64,000 nucleotides of DNA from Micromonosporaceae bacterium (GTDB lineage Bacteria; Actinomycetota; Actinomycetes; Mycobacteriales; Micromonosporaceae). A program made the translations under genes and the position numbers. Below the pieces are notes generated by a model. That model made no database searches. It saw nothing but the letters and a program-made list of their open reading frames with translations, and was not told where the DNA came from. Shown here in pieces: positions 10,055 through 20,400 of this stretch (the stretch's first letter is position 1; each line of letters opens with the position of its first letter). The stretch spans positions 137,771 to 201,770 of the forward strand of contig DATHBD010000082.1 of the NCBI GenBank assembly GCA_035296325.1. The letters are read 5' to 3'.

Positions 10055-11635
10055 CTAGTAGTCGACCTTGCCCTGAGCGTAATCTGCGAAGTTCATGACG
10101 GTGAACTCGTTTCTGCCCGTCATCGGCGTGAAGCCCGACTTCGCGTTGAGGTACGAGTCCTTGTCACCGTTCAGGATGCACATGATCACCTCGCCCACGA
10201 TCGTGCTGCCCAACTTACCGAGCGTCTGACCGCCATTCGCAGGGTCGAGCATCGGCTCCGCGAGGACGTAGAACCATAGCGGCAACTCCGCGCGCCACTC
10301 GGGTTTACGGAGCACCTTGGCCAAGTCGGTCTGTCCGGCGTTCTCGACACTCACGGCGAATTCTTCGTTGGTGTGCACCTTCAAGCCGGGTACCTCGCCG
10401 AGCATCTCCCGGGCAACCGCCTGTCCGGACGGCAGGTTCAATTGCCGGCCGCGCCTCAGGTTGCGCTGGGCCAGGGAGACCACTCCATCGTTGACAACCG
10501 TGGGAGGCAGGGTGAACAGCGGAGTCGCCAGCCGGGGATCGATCACGCGAGCCATGTTCCGCTGCTTTTTCGGATCGGAACTGAAGAAGCGTTCCCACTC
10601 GATCACCTTGTTGGCCGGCAGCCGCTGAGACCCGTGGAGGTCGGGGAAGGTGAGAACCGCCCCCGATGCGCTGTTCAAGACGTACGCCCCGCGGACCATG
10701 CTGTGCCCGAACCGGAACGCAGCCCCCGAGTACTCGAGCGGAATCTCAGGCTTCTGTGGGCTCTTCGGATTGAAGAACTGGCCCTTTTTCTTGGGGTTCG
10801 CCTTGACCGTTTCGAATATGTCCCGGTCCAGGACCCGCTTGAGGAACTCGTTCACGATCATCCACTGGAAGTGCCACTGGGTGATGCGCTGGGCCTCCGC
10901 GAACGTCGAAGCCTTCTTGTCCTCCAGGAGCCGGTTGTGGAACTTGAGGAACAACAGGTGGAACTGCGTAATGATGAGGTTCTCGTCGTTGCGGGCATCC
11001 CCGCACAGTGCAGTCCAGTTTCCTTCGTCTCGCGGCAGGTCTTCGGCGTAGTAGTTGCCGAGCCTCAGCCGCTTACCGTCGCTCTCGTACAGGTGCGCCT
11101 GCGGGCTCTTCGGATCCGGACCCTTCCCGTACACCGACTGCAGATCGAACTTCGGGCTGTCGAAGTTCACGCCCTTTTCGTCGGTCGGCGACCCGGTCAG
11201 CGCCCTGCGGTCCAGCGTCATGTCGTGATCGACGAACTGACCGAAGAAGGTATAACCGGCCGTGACCGTCTTGTTGTCCAGCGTCGACGAAGGCGGTCGT
11301 GTCTCGGTCATCCACTTGGCGAGGTCGCTCAGCAGACTCTCGTCCGGGGTGAAGCCCTTCAGCTTCTTGAACATGTAGCCGAAGCGGCCCTCCGCGGCGC
11401 CCGGCGCGGCAGCCGCGTCCTCGCCCCGCGGCTTCATGCCGTGCTTGGTGAGCATCGTCGCCGCCTGCGCGGCACGGGTACCGCTGATCGCTCCGCCCGA
11501 GGTCGCCGCGACGATACCGCCCGCGGCGACGGCTCCCGCCGCGGTTCCGATGACAGCGCGACGGGTCCAGCCGGGCGTGCCGGGTGCCGGCTCGGCACCA
11601 GCGTGGTCGGGGGCAAGGCTGCCTTCGTTACTCAC
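10055..11635 (-). CDS. Secreted animal-type haem peroxidase (An_peroxidase / peroxidase_3 family), Tat signal
   Basis: 'FFGQFVDHDMT' is the distal-His motif of animal haem peroxidases. 'TRRAVIGTAAGAVAAGG' is a twin-arginine signal. GTG start at 11635 preceded by 'agggaga'. GC content is visibly lower than the flanks, and a 414-bp AT-richer region lies upstream. Confidence 0.75.
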   Translation of the reverse strand: MSNEGSLAPDHAGAEPAPGTPGWTRRAVIGTAAGAVAAGGIVAATSGGAISGTRAAQAATMLTKHGMKPRGEDAAAAPGAAEGRFGYMFKKLKGFTPDESLLSDLAKWMTETRPPSSTLDNKTVTAGYTFFGQFVDHDMTLDRRALTGSPTDEKGVNFDSPKFDLQSVYGKGPDPKSPQAHLYESDGKRLRLGNYYAEDLPRDEGNWTALCGDARNDENLIITQFHLLFLKFHNRLLEDKKASTFAEAQRITQWHFQWMIVNEFLKRVLDRDIFETVKANPKKKGQFFNPKSPQKPEIPLEYSGAAFRFGHSMVRGAYVLNSASGAVLTFPDLHGSQRLPANKVIEWERFFSSDPKKQRNMARVIDPRLATPLFTLPPTVVNDGVVSLAQRNLRRGRQLNLPSGQAVAREMLGEVPGLKVHTNEEFAVSVENAGQTDLAKVLRKPEWRAELPLWFYVLAEPMLDPANGGQTLGKLGSTIVGEVIMCILNGDKDSYLNAKSGFTPMTGRNEFTVMNFADYAQGKVDY

Positions 11636-12048
11636 GTAATTTCTCCCTGCGGCGTCGTCGAGTTGCGCGGGGGCGCCATGCTCTCGTGCGCGAAGTGTGC
11701 GACCGTACAAACAGACCTGTGTCTATCACGTTCGCGGGACGTGCGCTACAGCAGAGAGGCACCTCGCGGGAACCGTATTTCCCCGGTTTCGGATCCTGCA
11801 CACTCAGTCATGGTTCTCGATACATCGACCGGGTGCGAATGTCGAGTGAATGGATGCGGGCGGACCGTTTGCCCAGCTCACGGACCTAGCAGAAGCACCC
11901 GTGCCGGGGCATCTATACGCCAATGTCCGCTCGATGCGCGATGCCCGCTAACCCAATCCCCGCTCCCCCGTTCGGCCGATCGATAACGACGAACGGCTGA
12001 TCGCTGCGCATGCGTAATCGCGAAAAATCTTCAACGAATCCAGCCCGG

Positions 12049-12882
12049 TTACCACGCGAGTCCGATGCCGTCGCCCGGGTACCAGTGATTGGCCGGCGTC
12101 TCGCGGTAGGCCAGGAATCGTCGCCCGGTCCGTTCCGCGTGCTCGGCGAGGACATTTGTCACCGTCGCATTGTCGGTGAGCAGCAGCGCCCCGGGCGCCA
12201 GCCGGGATTCCACCGCTTCGAACTCGTTCCGCTCGTGCTCGACACTGTGGTCGCTGTCGTGCAGGAAGAAGTCGACCGGCCGATCGAGCGCCCGGATCGA
12301 GGCGATCGAGTCGCCGATCACCAGGTCGACGACGGTCGACCACGGCTCGGCCTTCGCCAGGTAGCCGGCCTCGGGGTTGATGTCCAGGGAGGTGACGCGG
12401 CCGGGGTGCCCCTCCGCGGCGTTGCGCAGCAGGGCCGCGGCGATGACGCAGGTACCCAGGCCCTTGTCGACGCCGGTCTCCACGACGTGGGCCGGGCGCT
12501 TCGCGCGCACCATGGCGTACCAGCCGACCCGACGCGCGAAGCGGACGTTCCGGTCAGCGAGACCTCGCCGGGCTGACGCGGCGGTGGCTCGCCGGATGTG
12601 CTCACGGAGATCGTCATCGGACTCGATCTCGGTCAGGTACGCCCGGACCTGCCCGATCGGCACGTCGCAGGTCATGCCGACGAACCACGCGAGATGCTCG
12701 CGGCTGAGGTCGGTCAGGTCGTAGGTGTAGTTGTGGTGCTCGCGCGAGGCGAACAGCCAGCGGGCCGAGGTGCGCACGACGCGGGCGTCGTGGCGGGCCA
12801 CCTGCAGGAGGCGGACGGGGAACGCCGCGACCGGAGCCAGCGGGGTACGTGCGATCGCGCGTTGAACGTTGGTCCGGTTCAC
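12049..12882 (-). CDS. Class I SAM-dependent methyltransferase (TylF/Methyltransf_24-like O-methyltransferase)
   Basis: 'VVETGVDKGLGTCVIAAAL...VTSLDINPEAGYLAK...DFFLHDSDHSVEHERNEF' has the nucleotide-binding loop and acidic residues typical of macrocin-O-MT-like enzymes. The start is uncertain and may be downstream of 12882. Confidence 0.5.
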   Translation of the reverse strand: MNRTNVQRAIARTPLAPVAAFPVRLLQVARHDARVVRTSARWLFASREHHNYTYDLTDLSREHLAWFVGMTCDVPIGQVRAYLTEIESDDDLREHIRRATAASARRGLADRNVRFARRVGWYAMVRAKRPAHVVETGVDKGLGTCVIAAALLRNAAEGHPGRVTSLDINPEAGYLAKAEPWSTVVDLVIGDSIASIRALDRPVDFFLHDSDHSVEHERNEFEAVESRLAPGALLLTDNATVTNVLAEHAERTGRRFLAYRETPANHWYPGDGIGLAW

Positions 12883-12936
12883 CCGAGAGGTTGTATCACG
12901 GCGCGGGAGCGACCGGTAGCGCCGGCGATGGACTCC

Positions 12937-14850
12937 TTACGGGGTCAGCAGGAGCACGCGCTGCCCGGCGCTGTCGTCGGCCGCCGCCTCGATCGCTTGA
13001 CCGCCACCGAGCTGCACCACGCCCCCGCCAACGCGATTGACCAGCCGATACGAACCGTCGGACAGGACCTCGATGCGCCACTGTGCCGCCCTGCCCGGCC
13101 TACCGAGCGCCAGCCGCCGGTCGTCGAGCGTCGTCAGCGGTCGCCCACTCCGCGCATTCACGACGGCGAAATATCCCTCTTCGAGGTGCACGAACCGCCA
13201 GCGCTGGCACGCACTGTCCCGCGGGCGGCTCACCACCGCCGTCCGACCGTCGCCCCGGCCGCAGCCGGCGATGTCCAGCACCCGCTGACCGGTCGCGTCG
13301 GCGATCAGGATCTGTCCGACCGGTTCCACCCGGAACTGCTGACATGTGGCGGAGGTCCAGGTGAACACCTGGACGGCGGCGCCGGCGCCGGCGCACTCCG
13401 CCGGCTGCAGTACGCGCCCGGTCCGGACGTTCTCGATCCGGGACCAGCCGGCTTCGGTCGGGGAGAACCGGAACTGCTGGCAGTCGTTGTCCAGCCACCC
13501 CCACTGCGCGACCCGGGCACCCTCGGCGTCGACGCAGGCCGCCACCTCGGCGACCTTGTTGCTGTACCTGTTGAGCAGGCTCCGCGTGTCGTTGCCCCAG
13601 TCGTCCAGCCGCCATTGCGCGCAGGCGCTCTCGCGCCGGGTGCTGAGCACGATGTCGGCGCCCTCGTACCCGCAGGAGGCATTGTCGAGCACACCGCCGG
13701 TGGCGCGGTTGACGACGGTGAAGTACGCGCCGCCGTGGCCCACCCGGCTGCTGCCGGTCAGCGGGTCGCCGAGGCCTGGCCATCCGTCGTCCCACGAGAT
13801 CCGCCGCACGGAGAGTCGAGGCGTCCCCTCGTCCTCGGCGTCGTAGTAGTGGTGGGTGAACCAGTCGACGCCCCGCTCGGAGTAGACGTCGCCGCCGCCG
13901 GGTCCCCGGAACTCGTTGTAGCCGCGCAGCAGCTCGGTACCGCCGCCGGCCATCATGTCCACGCCGGCCCGGTCCAGGTACGGACCGGTGATGCTGCGCG
14001 ACCGCCCGACCATGACCCGGTAGTCACTGTTCACGCCGCGGCAGCAGAAGTCGAAGCTGACGAAGAGGTAGTAGTACCCCCGGCGATACAGGATCGCGGG
14101 CCCCTCCACCGCGCCCACGCCGATCCCGGCGCGGCTGGCCAGCGGGTACAGGGTGGTGTCGGCCGACGACAGGAAGCCGGTGCCCGGATCGAGGCGCCGC
14201 ATCTTGATGCCGGTCCAGAACGAGCCGAAGGAGAGCCACGCCGCACCGTCACGGTCGAAGGTGACCTCCGGGTCGATGGCGTTGAAGTCGTCGGCTGTAC
14301 TCGACCGCAGCACCATGCCCCGGTCGACCCAGCGGTAGTCCGGGCTGTTCGGATCAAGCGTCGTGTTGGTGGCCAGCCCGATCACCGAGTTGTTCGTGCC
14401 GAACGACGAGGCGGCGTAGTAGAGGTGGTACTCCCCGTCGAAGAAGGTGATGTCGGGGGCCCAGAAATCGCCCGGCGTGACCCCGAGTTCCTGCACAACC
14501 CAGGCCGGCGGGGTGGTGAACACCGTGCCAAGGAACTCCCAGTTGACCAGGTCGGTGGACCGTCGGATGGGCAGGTAGGTCCGCGTGCCGATATCGCCGG
14601 TGATGATGGTGTAGTAGTACCGACCTTCTTTGATCATGGTCGGGTCGTGCGCGATCGGGTCCTGGACAGACCCGTCCGCCGGAGTGGCCGGGCCGGGCGC
14701 CGGCGCGGCTGGTGCCGGCGCAGCCGCTGCCGGACCACTCGGCGCGACCGGGCCGAGGAGCGCCACGGCTGTCACCGCCGCCAACATCAACCCGTGGGTC
14801 TTCGCGGTACGCCGCGGTGAGGTGCTCGCCCAACCAGGTGCCGTCGCCAT
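12937..14850 (-). CDS. Secreted GH43 endo-alpha-1,5-L-arabinanase with C-terminal ricin-B lectin (CBM13) repeats
   Basis: Signal peptide 'LMLAAVTAVALLGPVAPSGPAAA'. GH43 motifs 'DPTMIKEGRYYYTI', 'DFWAPDITFFDGEYHLYYAAS', 'AVEGPAILYRRGYYYLFVSFD'. C-terminal 'QWRL...QQFRF...QQFRV...QRWRF...QWRI' are ricin-B QxW repeats. Start taken at the internal ATG ('MATAPGW'), not the 707-aa extension. Confidence 0.8.
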   Translation of the reverse strand: MATAPGWASTSPRRTAKTHGLMLAAVTAVALLGPVAPSGPAAAAPAPAAPAPGPATPADGSVQDPIAHDPTMIKEGRYYYTIITGDIGTRTYLPIRRSTDLVNWEFLGTVFTTPPAWVVQELGVTPGDFWAPDITFFDGEYHLYYAASSFGTNNSVIGLATNTTLDPNSPDYRWVDRGMVLRSSTADDFNAIDPEVTFDRDGAAWLSFGSFWTGIKMRRLDPGTGFLSSADTTLYPLASRAGIGVGAVEGPAILYRRGYYYLFVSFDFCCRGVNSDYRVMVGRSRSITGPYLDRAGVDMMAGGGTELLRGYNEFRGPGGGDVYSERGVDWFTHHYYDAEDEGTPRLSVRRISWDDGWPGLGDPLTGSSRVGHGGAYFTVVNRATGGVLDNASCGYEGADIVLSTRRESACAQWRLDDWGNDTRSLLNRYSNKVAEVAACVDAEGARVAQWGWLDNDCQQFRFSPTEAGWSRIENVRTGRVLQPAECAGAGAAVQVFTWTSATCQQFRVEPVGQILIADATGQRVLDIAGCGRGDGRTAVVSRPRDSACQRWRFVHLEEGYFAVVNARSGRPLTTLDDRRLALGRPGRAAQWRIEVLSDGSYRLVNRVGGGVVQLGGGQAIEAAADDSAGQRVLLLTP

Positions 14851-15256
14851 GCCGGCGCTCCTAACCGAGGACCGCGCCCGCTCCCAACGTCGCCGCTGTG
14901 CCGTCGTTGGCCGGGCCGGGATGGTTGTGTGTGCTCCGCCATCCACTGTGCGGGCTCCCCACGTGGCCGTCAAACGGAGCACGGGTCGGCGACGGACGCG
15001 ACGCGACCCTCGCCGCGGAGCGCCACGGCGGGCCTCCAGGGGGTGTGCCCGAATTGGCACGGCCGACCGAACAGGAAATTCGTTTCCGGGGCCGGCAACC
15101 GTTGTTAACGCTCACACGTAGCGCTGCCAGGGCGTCCGGAGAGGCGTGGTGGCGGCTTGACAACCCCCACATCCGGGCTTATCAATGCCCTACCGCACTG
15201 TGTCGCCGGACCGCCACCCGGCCGCCAAAGGCACACCGACCAAGGAGTACGCCACC

Positions 15257-17332
15257 ATGACGCGTCCAGGCTCCGGTATGCCCCGCCGCAGGGTGTTCAC
15301 CATCGCCGCCGCCACCGGGCTGGGCCTCACGGCCCTCCCCCTGACCCGGGGTCTGATCACGCCCGCGTCGGCCGCGCCGGTCGGCGCCTGGGGCGATCAG
15401 GGCGACGGCACCTACGTCAACCAGATCGTCCCGGCCGACCTGAGCGACCTCGACGCGATCCGGGTGGGCAACGACTACTACGCGATCAGCAGCACCATGC
15501 AGTTCTCCCCCGGCATGGCCGTGCTGCACTCCACCGACCTGGTGAACTGGTCGATCATCAGCCACGCCGCCGGGGATCTGCTGCAGATGGGTCCGGAGTA
15601 CAACTGGGACCGGATGAACCGGCAGGGCAAAGGGGTCTGGGCCGGGGCGATCCGCCACCACGCCGGCCGGTTCTGGGTCTACTACAACACGCCGGACGAG
15701 GGCTTCTTCGTCACCTCGGCGGTCAACCCGGCCGGGCCGTGGGAGCCTCTGACGTCGATGTGGCGCACCACCGGCTGGAACGACGTCTGCCCGTTCTGGG
15801 ACGACAACGGCCAGGGCTACCTCGCCACCACCAACTACGCCGACGCGTACAAGATCTATCTGATTCCGCTCGGCCCGGACAACAGGTCGCTGGTGACCGG
15901 CTCACGCCGATTGATCCACCAGTCCAGCGGCAGCGAGGCCAGCAAACTCTACAAGATCAACGGACGGTACTACCACCTCTACAGCGAGACCCGGGGCGGC
16001 GCCCGGGTGGTCATGATGAACCGGTCCACCAGCCTCTTCGGGCCGTACGAGAACCGGCAGATCCAGCGCGGCAGTGCCAGTGTCGATCGGGAGCCGAACC
16101 AGGGTGGCCTCATCCAGGCGCCGTCCGGATCGTGGTACTGGCTCACCCACCACGGCAGCGGCGGGCACTGGGAGGGCCGGTCGATGAGCCTCGTGCCGGT
16201 GACGTGGGTCGACAACTGGCCGATCCTCGGCGCCGTCGGTTCGGACGGCGTCGGCACGATGGTGTGGGGCGGCCGGGTCCCGGCAGGCGGCGTGCCGGGC
16301 GCTCCGCTGCCGGCGATCTCCGGCGTGATCACCAACGACGACTTCAGCCGCACCACGCTGCGGCCGCAGTGGGAGTGGAACTACCAGCCCCGCGCCGACC
16401 GGTGGTCGCTCACCGAGCGGCCCGGGTACCTGCGGCTGCGCGCATTCGCGCCGCTGCGCCCGCACACCCTCAACCGGGTCGGCAACGTGCTGAGCCAGCG
16501 GTCGTTCAAGTCGATCAGCAACACCGCGACCGTACGGCTGGAACTGGCCGGCATGATCGACGGCCAGCACGCCGGGCTCTGCCACTTCTCCAACGTCTAC
16601 GCCGGCCTCGGCGTCTCCCGCGCCGGGACCACCAACCGGCTGACCCACAACGTCAACGGCGTGCTGTCCTACGGGCCCAACATCGCCGGCACGGCGATCT
16701 GGCTGCGCTCCACCTGGGACCTTGCCGGGGTGAGCCGGTTCTCGTACAGCACCGACGGCGTCACCTACACCGCGTTCGGCGGCACGTACCAACTCGCCTG
16801 GGGCAGCTACCGGGGCGACCACGTGGGCGTCTACACCTACAACGCGGGCGCCGCCGGCGGGTACGTCGACGTCGACACGTTCGAGTACACGACCGCGCCG
16901 GCCCGGGCGTACACCATCACCAACGCCGGCAGCGGCAAGGTCGTCGACGTCTTCGGCGGGTCGTCCACCACCGGCGCAGCGATCATCCAGTGGCTGCGCA
17001 CCGGCGGCACCAACCAGCAGTGGCGGTTCCACCCGACCGGCGACGGCTACTACACCATCACCAGCATGCGCAGCGGCAAGCTGCTCGACGTCACCGGCGG
17101 CGCCACCGCCGCCGATACCCCGGTCGTGCAGTGGCCGGGCGTGAGCGGCAACGGCAGCCGCAACCAGCACTGGCAGCTCAGGCCGGTCACCGGCGGTTTC
17201 GCCATCGTCAATCGGCAGAGTGGCCTGCTGCTCGACGTCGCCGCCGGGTCAACGGCCGACGGGGCCGCCCTGGTGCAGACCGCCGACCGCGGCGCAGCCA
17301 GCCAACGGTGGAGTTTCACCCTGGTCGGCTGA
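15257..17332 (+). CDS. Secreted GH43 beta-xylosidase/alpha-L-arabinofuranosidase with GH43 C-terminal beta-sandwich domain and ricin-B lectin domain
   Basis: 'aaggag' RBS. Tat signal 'MTRPGSGMPRRRVFTIAAATGLGLTA'. GH43 core 'VGNDYYAISSTMQFSPGMAVLHSTDLVNWS...VWAGAIRHHAGRFWVYY'. C-terminal 'QQWRF...QHWQL...QRWSF' are ricin-B QxW repeats. Confidence 0.8.
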   Translation: MTRPGSGMPRRRVFTIAAATGLGLTALPLTRGLITPASAAPVGAWGDQGDGTYVNQIVPADLSDLDAIRVGNDYYAISSTMQFSPGMAVLHSTDLVNWSIISHAAGDLLQMGPEYNWDRMNRQGKGVWAGAIRHHAGRFWVYYNTPDEGFFVTSAVNPAGPWEPLTSMWRTTGWNDVCPFWDDNGQGYLATTNYADAYKIYLIPLGPDNRSLVTGSRRLIHQSSGSEASKLYKINGRYYHLYSETRGGARVVMMNRSTSLFGPYENRQIQRGSASVDREPNQGGLIQAPSGSWYWLTHHGSGGHWEGRSMSLVPVTWVDNWPILGAVGSDGVGTMVWGGRVPAGGVPGAPLPAISGVITNDDFSRTTLRPQWEWNYQPRADRWSLTERPGYLRLRAFAPLRPHTLNRVGNVLSQRSFKSISNTATVRLELAGMIDGQHAGLCHFSNVYAGLGVSRAGTTNRLTHNVNGVLSYGPNIAGTAIWLRSTWDLAGVSRFSYSTDGVTYTAFGGTYQLAWGSYRGDHVGVYTYNAGAAGGYVDVDTFEYTTAPARAYTITNAGSGKVVDVFGGSSTTGAAIIQWLRTGGTNQQWRFHPTGDGYYTITSMRSGKLLDVTGGATAADTPVVQWPGVSGNGSRNQHWQLRPVTGGFAIVNRQSGLLLDVAAGSTADGAALVQTADRGAASQRWSFTLVG

Positions 17333-17342
17333 GCCGGCGGCG

Positions 17343-17395
17343 CCGACCATGGCTTGGCGGTGCACCAGCGCGGTAGTGCCATCCGACGCTTGGCG
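17343..17395 (+). promoter_or_regulatory. 17-bp perfect direct repeat (cttggcggtgcaccagc x2, 36 bp apart) about 85-135 bp upstream of the TIR gene start
   Basis: Two identical copies at 17343-17359 and 17379-17395 in the 146-bp intergenic region between the GH43 stop and the TIR-WD40 start. Confidence 0.4.
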
Positions 17396-17478
17396 GTGCA
17401 CCAGCTCGCTTCTCCTTTGAGCTGGCACGGTGGAGAATCGTTCGGCGCGCCGATGTATCGACTGCGGGGGACGTTGTC

Positions 17479-20400
17479 ATGGGTTTCGATGGGTTCATTT
17501 CGTACAGTCATGCTGCGGATGGGCAGTTGGCACCGGCGGTGCAGCGGGGTCTGCATCGGTTGGCGAAGCCGTGGCATCGTCGTCGGGCGTTGTGGATCTT
17601 CCGGGACCAAACCGGCCTGGCGGTGACGCCGGCGTTGTGGACGTCGATCCAGCAGGCTTTGGACGGTTCGAAGTATTTCGTGCTGATGGCGTCGCCGGAG
17701 GCGGCGCGTTCGCCGTGGGTGAACCGCGAGATCGAGCACTGGGTGGCGACGAAGTCGGCGGACAAGATTCTGCCGGTGGTGACCGACGGGGAGTGGCGCT
17801 GGGACGCGGCGGCGAAGGACTTCGACCCGTCGTCGACGGCGGTGCCGGCGGCGTTGCGGGGGGTGTTCGGTGAGGAGCCGCTGTATTTGGATTTGCGGTG
17901 GGCTCGAAATGACGTGCAGTTGAGTTTGCGGCATTCCCGGTTTCGGGATGCGATCGCACAGTTGGCGGCGCCGATGCATGGGTTGAGTAAGGACGAGCTG
18001 GAGGGGGAGGACGTTCGGCAGCATCGTCGGGTGCGGCGGGTGTGGTCGGTGGGTGTGGCGTCGTTGGTGGTGTTGGCGTTGGTGGCGTCGTTGACCGGCG
18101 TGTTGGCGGTGCGTAACGCGGGTCGGGCGAACACGTCGGCGGCCGAGGCGCAGCGGCAGGAGCGGGCGGCGGCGGAGCAGCGGGGCAGCGCTGAGCGCTT
18201 TGCTGAGAAGGCCCGTGAGCAGGAGGAGGTAGCCAAGCGGGAGGAGGCTCGGGCGAAGGCGGCGGGGGATGAGGCGCGGCGGCAGGAGCAGCTCGCGGCG
18301 CAGCAGAAGGGGTTGGCTGGGCAGGCGGCTGCGGAGGCCGGGCGGCAGCAGGAGAACGCGCGTCGGCAGCAGGGGTTGGGGGATGCGGCGGCGGCGCGGG
18401 CGCGGGAGCAGGAACGTGCCGCGCAGCAGCAGCGTGAGGTCGCACGGGGTGCGGTCGCGGAGACGGCTCGGCAGAAGGAGATCGCACAGCAGCAACAGCG
18501 CCTGGCTGAGCAGGCGGCAGCGGTGACGCGGGAGCAGGAGCAGATCGCCCGGGACATGCAGCGCCTGGCCGAGGAAGCGACCAAGAAGGCCCAGCAACAG
18601 GAACAGATCGCGAAGGACATGCAGCAGCTGGCGAAGGACGCCGAAGCTGAGATGCTCAAGCAGAAGGCCAACGCCGAGGAGCAGCAGCGGATCGCGATCA
18701 GCCGACGATTGACCACCCAGGCCAAAGCAACGATGGGACGCGACCCGAAGACGGCCCTGATGCTCGGGGCGGCCGCCCAGAAGGTTCAGCCCGACGCCGA
18801 GACCCGCCGCGATATTACCGGCCTGATTAGGGGGACGCATCACGCAGGGATCATCCCCGACGTGACCGGCGTCGCGTACGGCTCGAACGGTGTCCTCGCC
18901 ACCATGAGCGAGGACGGGCAGGTGTCCCTGTGGAACGCGACCGACCCGGCGAAGCCCGACCTGCTCGCCAAGCCCGAGAACAAAGGTTCACCGGCCGTCG
19001 CGTACGCGCTCAGCGCGGACGGGCGGACACTTGTCACTTCCCATCAGGACGGCAGGGTCGTCGTCTGGAGCCTCGCCAACCCAACCCGTCCGGATGAGAC
19101 CGCCACGCTCCCCCGCGACGACGCCCTCACCACCGTCTCGATGGCACTCAGCGTGGACGCACGCACCCTCGCCATGTATGACCATGACGCCACGGCCGAA
19201 GACCGGCTTTTTTCCAGCTGGAGCGAGAGCCTGTGGGACCTGACCGACAGGTCCGGGCCGAAACGTCTTTTCCAACGGGCTGACAGCACCAACTCTAGGC
19301 ACGAGCCGGCCAGCTTCCTGTTCAGTCACGACGGGCGCACGATGGCTACCACGTCTAATGCCGAGGGAGACGGCTCCCTCTCCGATGTAACTGATCCGGC
19401 GCATCCGGTTCAGCTCGACTGGTTTGGCAAGATCGATCCGGCACAGTCACCGCTGACGTTTAGCCCGGTGGCAGACATTCTGGTAGTAGCAGACATTGGA
19501 ACGATGACCCTCTGGGATCTGGCTCCGGACAGTCGGGGCTGGCTCTCCGAGCTGAAGGGCCACGTGGTTTCAGCAGCGTTCAGTCCCGACGGCCGTACCC
19601 TCGCCGCCGCTGACGCCGATGGTAAGACAACCCTGTGGAATGTGTCCGATCCGGAGTACCCGGTCCGCCTCGCCGATGTGACAGGTCATGGCTCGGTTAC
19701 GTCGATGGCATGGAGCCCGGACGGCACGACGTTGGTCACCACAGGCGGCTTCGCGACCGCCCGGCTGTGGAGGGTCAAGCCATACGGCGCTCCCGAGCCG
19801 TTCCGCGAGCTAATCGAAGAACACGCATCGGTGGTGACGACGGCGTTCAGCCAGGACGGACACACCATGGCGACCACCGGCGCTGACGGAACGATCTTCT
19901 GGGATATGACCAATCCGGCGCATCCTGTTCGGCGTGACCACACCCCGTCGCTCGACGGCGGTTCCTTCGCACGGACTGCGTTCAGCCGAGACCTGCGCAC
20001 GGCAGCCTCCGCCGGGGGGGACGAAGTGACGGTGACGGACGTGACGCACCCGACCCGGCCTCGAACACTGTTCCACGAGGACCTCAAACCGGAGGACCTC
20101 ACCTGGGGAGTCACCGGCCTGGTTCTCAGCCCGGACGCACGCACCCTCGCGATAGGCGCTGACCGGAACAGGGTGATGATCTGGGCTATGACCGACCAGG
20201 GCCGATTCACTCGGTTAGGCACGGTCCCGTACAAGGGGAAATCGATCGCGCTCAGCCCCGACGGCCGCACCCTTGCCGTCGACGACACCGCCAAGACGGT
20301 GGCGCTGTGGGACCTGACCAGTCGCCCTGCGCCGGTCAAGGTCGGTAAGGTGGCCGGCGATGTGGACCTCGTCGGCCCGGTCGCCTTCAGCCCGGACGGA

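Noticed and set aside
18100-18750. Repetitive Q/E/R/A-rich stretch that looked like a low-complexity DNA tandem repeat or a Pro/Ala-rich antisense gene (17495-18487 minus, 17508-18725 minus).
   Set aside because: It is the coiled-coil linker of the TIR-WD40 protein on the plus strand. The periodic 'cagcag/gcggcg' pattern encodes heptad-like E/Q/R/A repeats. The antisense ORFs are artefacts.
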